A DNA stretch of 62,758 nucleotides, the filler included, from Octopus bimaculoides (taxonomy: Eukaryota), in NCBI RefSeq assembly GCF_001194135.2. It is 7 parts of 5 records of this genome, joined end to end, with 100 filler letters (N's around TTAATTAATTAA, not from the genome) between each part and the next. Parts side by side here need not be neighbours in the genome. Positions count along the whole stretch, not along the records: positions 60,473 to 62,758 come from NC_069002.1; 6 more parts are not named here. One strand, given 5' to 3'. Each line of letters opens with the position of its first letter. The stretch's first letter is position 1. A model generated the notes under the pieces. The model searched no databases, was not told the origin of the DNA, and saw only the letters and a list, made by a program, of their open reading frames with translations. The translations under genes and the position numbers were made by a program. This document shows positions 61,311 through 62,758 of this stretch, in pieces.

Positions 61311-62339
61311 AACATCTAATGGCCAGATCGATACAATGATAATTATTAACATATTAGAAAAGTTAAAATATATTTTACCTTAAAGCACAGAGTAAAAAGA
61401 ATTTTTTTAACGACAGGCTCGTCAAGAGAATGTAGCTTCTCAATGACTCGTTAATGAGCGAATTATCAAATAAAAGAACAAGAGATGCACTTAATATCGT
61501 CACAAGAAGCTGGATTCTACAGTTTTTCTTCAGTACATCATCTTGGGTTGCATCTGGACACATCATCAATGATATTTCTTGGGGTCATTGGGTAATTCAA
61601 TTTTTTTCAACATCAGATGCCCTTACCTTTGTGACCCAGAAACGTTTGATCAAACCGAAGCTTGTATTCAATTACCTCAAGTAATATTAATCTAACTCAA
61701 ACTTCCGTCCCCACGGCCAACCTGATACCTTTCTCTCTATAGGCCCTCGGATGTCAACCATACTGTAAACTCTTGCAACTTTTCACTCATTTACAGAAGT
61801 TGTCTCCTATATTTGCAGATATGAATTAGTCTTAGCTATTCGCTTCAATTTCCTTTTTAATTTTTACTCTTTGCCTAAATAGATTTTAACTTTAAAGCCA
61901 TAACGATGTCTCCACGTCATAACTTTATCGGACAACGTCTGTTAAGGGAGATAACTTTTGTAAGCAACAAGTCTAAGTGGAGATAATTCATACTTTAACC
62001 GCGCTTGTTTCTATTTCTTGATGAAGTTTGCCTAACACTTCAGACGACACTAGAAAATTGAAAAAATTACGTTAAGCAATCCAAAGCTTAATATATATAA
62101 ATACATTACGTAAACCTGATGAACCTGAGATGAGGCAGCAGTCACTTTGATAGTACTGTAGATTGATAATTTTAACACATTCCTGTTTTTGCGTTTTTTT
62201 TTTGATATTTTCAACGACGGCTTCGTTATATCACGTCTCAATCTACAAAACATGCATAAACTTTCTTTCAAAAAATGTTAAGGCTCATTTTCGTTTTCAT
62301 GATAAACCAAAGTGTTTTATTGATTAGTATTTTAAATCT

Positions 62340-62525
62340 GATGGCAAACTAGCAGAATCGTTAGCACACCGGGCAAAATTATTCTGACTTCAAATTCTAC
62401 GGAGGTCGACTCTGCCTTTCATCCTTTCAGGCTCGATAAAATAAGTACCAGTTACACATTGGGTCAGTGTACATAACTTACTCCCTCTCCTGAAATTGCT
62501 GGCCTTGTGGGCTAAAATTTAACAC
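62340..62525 (+). mobile_element. SINE family A copy
   Basis: ctagcagaatcgttagcacaccgggc...tttcatcctttcag. Confidence 0.8.
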
Positions 62526-62574
62526 CATTATTCTTAATCTTGAGATGTTATAGTCTTATGAGACGAAATCGTCG

Positions 62575-62735
62575 CAGGAGTGGCTGTGTGGTAAGCAGCT
62601 TGCTTACCAACCATATGTTTCCGGATTCAATTCCACAGCGTGGCACCTTGGGCAAGTTTCTTCTACTATAGCCTCGGGTCGACCAAAGCTTTGTGAGTGG
62701 ATTTGGTAGATGGAAACTGGAAGAAGCCCGCCAAA
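62575..62735 (+). mobile_element. SINE family B copy
   Basis: gcaggagtggctgtgtggtaagcagcttgcttacc...ggaaactggaagaagccc. Confidence 0.88.
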
Positions 62736-62758
62736 CTATACATATATATATATATATA

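Overview
AT-rich, microsatellite- and transposon-dense animal DNA with many assembly gaps. The SINE/LINE repertoire and simple repeats point to an octopus (inference). Three intron-rich protein genes were reconstructed by hand from splice sites and frame phases, and the ORF track shows only fragments of them. (1) ovoA, the ovothiol / 5-histidylcysteine sulfoxide synthase: six phase-compatible exons on the minus strand (14297 to 422), continuing beyond the left edge. (2) A multi-exon cadherin-repeat gene with degenerate Ca2+-binding motifs: five exons on the plus strand (18735-29264). (3) A large lipid transfer protein (apolipophorin/vitellogenin-like): two exons on the minus strand (54390 to 46677). 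The remainder is mariner/Tc1 remnants, Penelope-like elements (including a stop-free 178-codon GIY-YIG frame), R4/Dong, RTE and CR1 LINE fragments, many tRNA-derived SINEs, MITE-like foldbacks, and a Ty3/Gypsy remnant whose gag zinc-knuckle region has expanded into a 30-bp (CFGCGHYRLS)n tandem array. Six identical 44N-TTAATTAATTAA-44N linkers are artificial scaffold joins, so gene order across them is not guaranteed.
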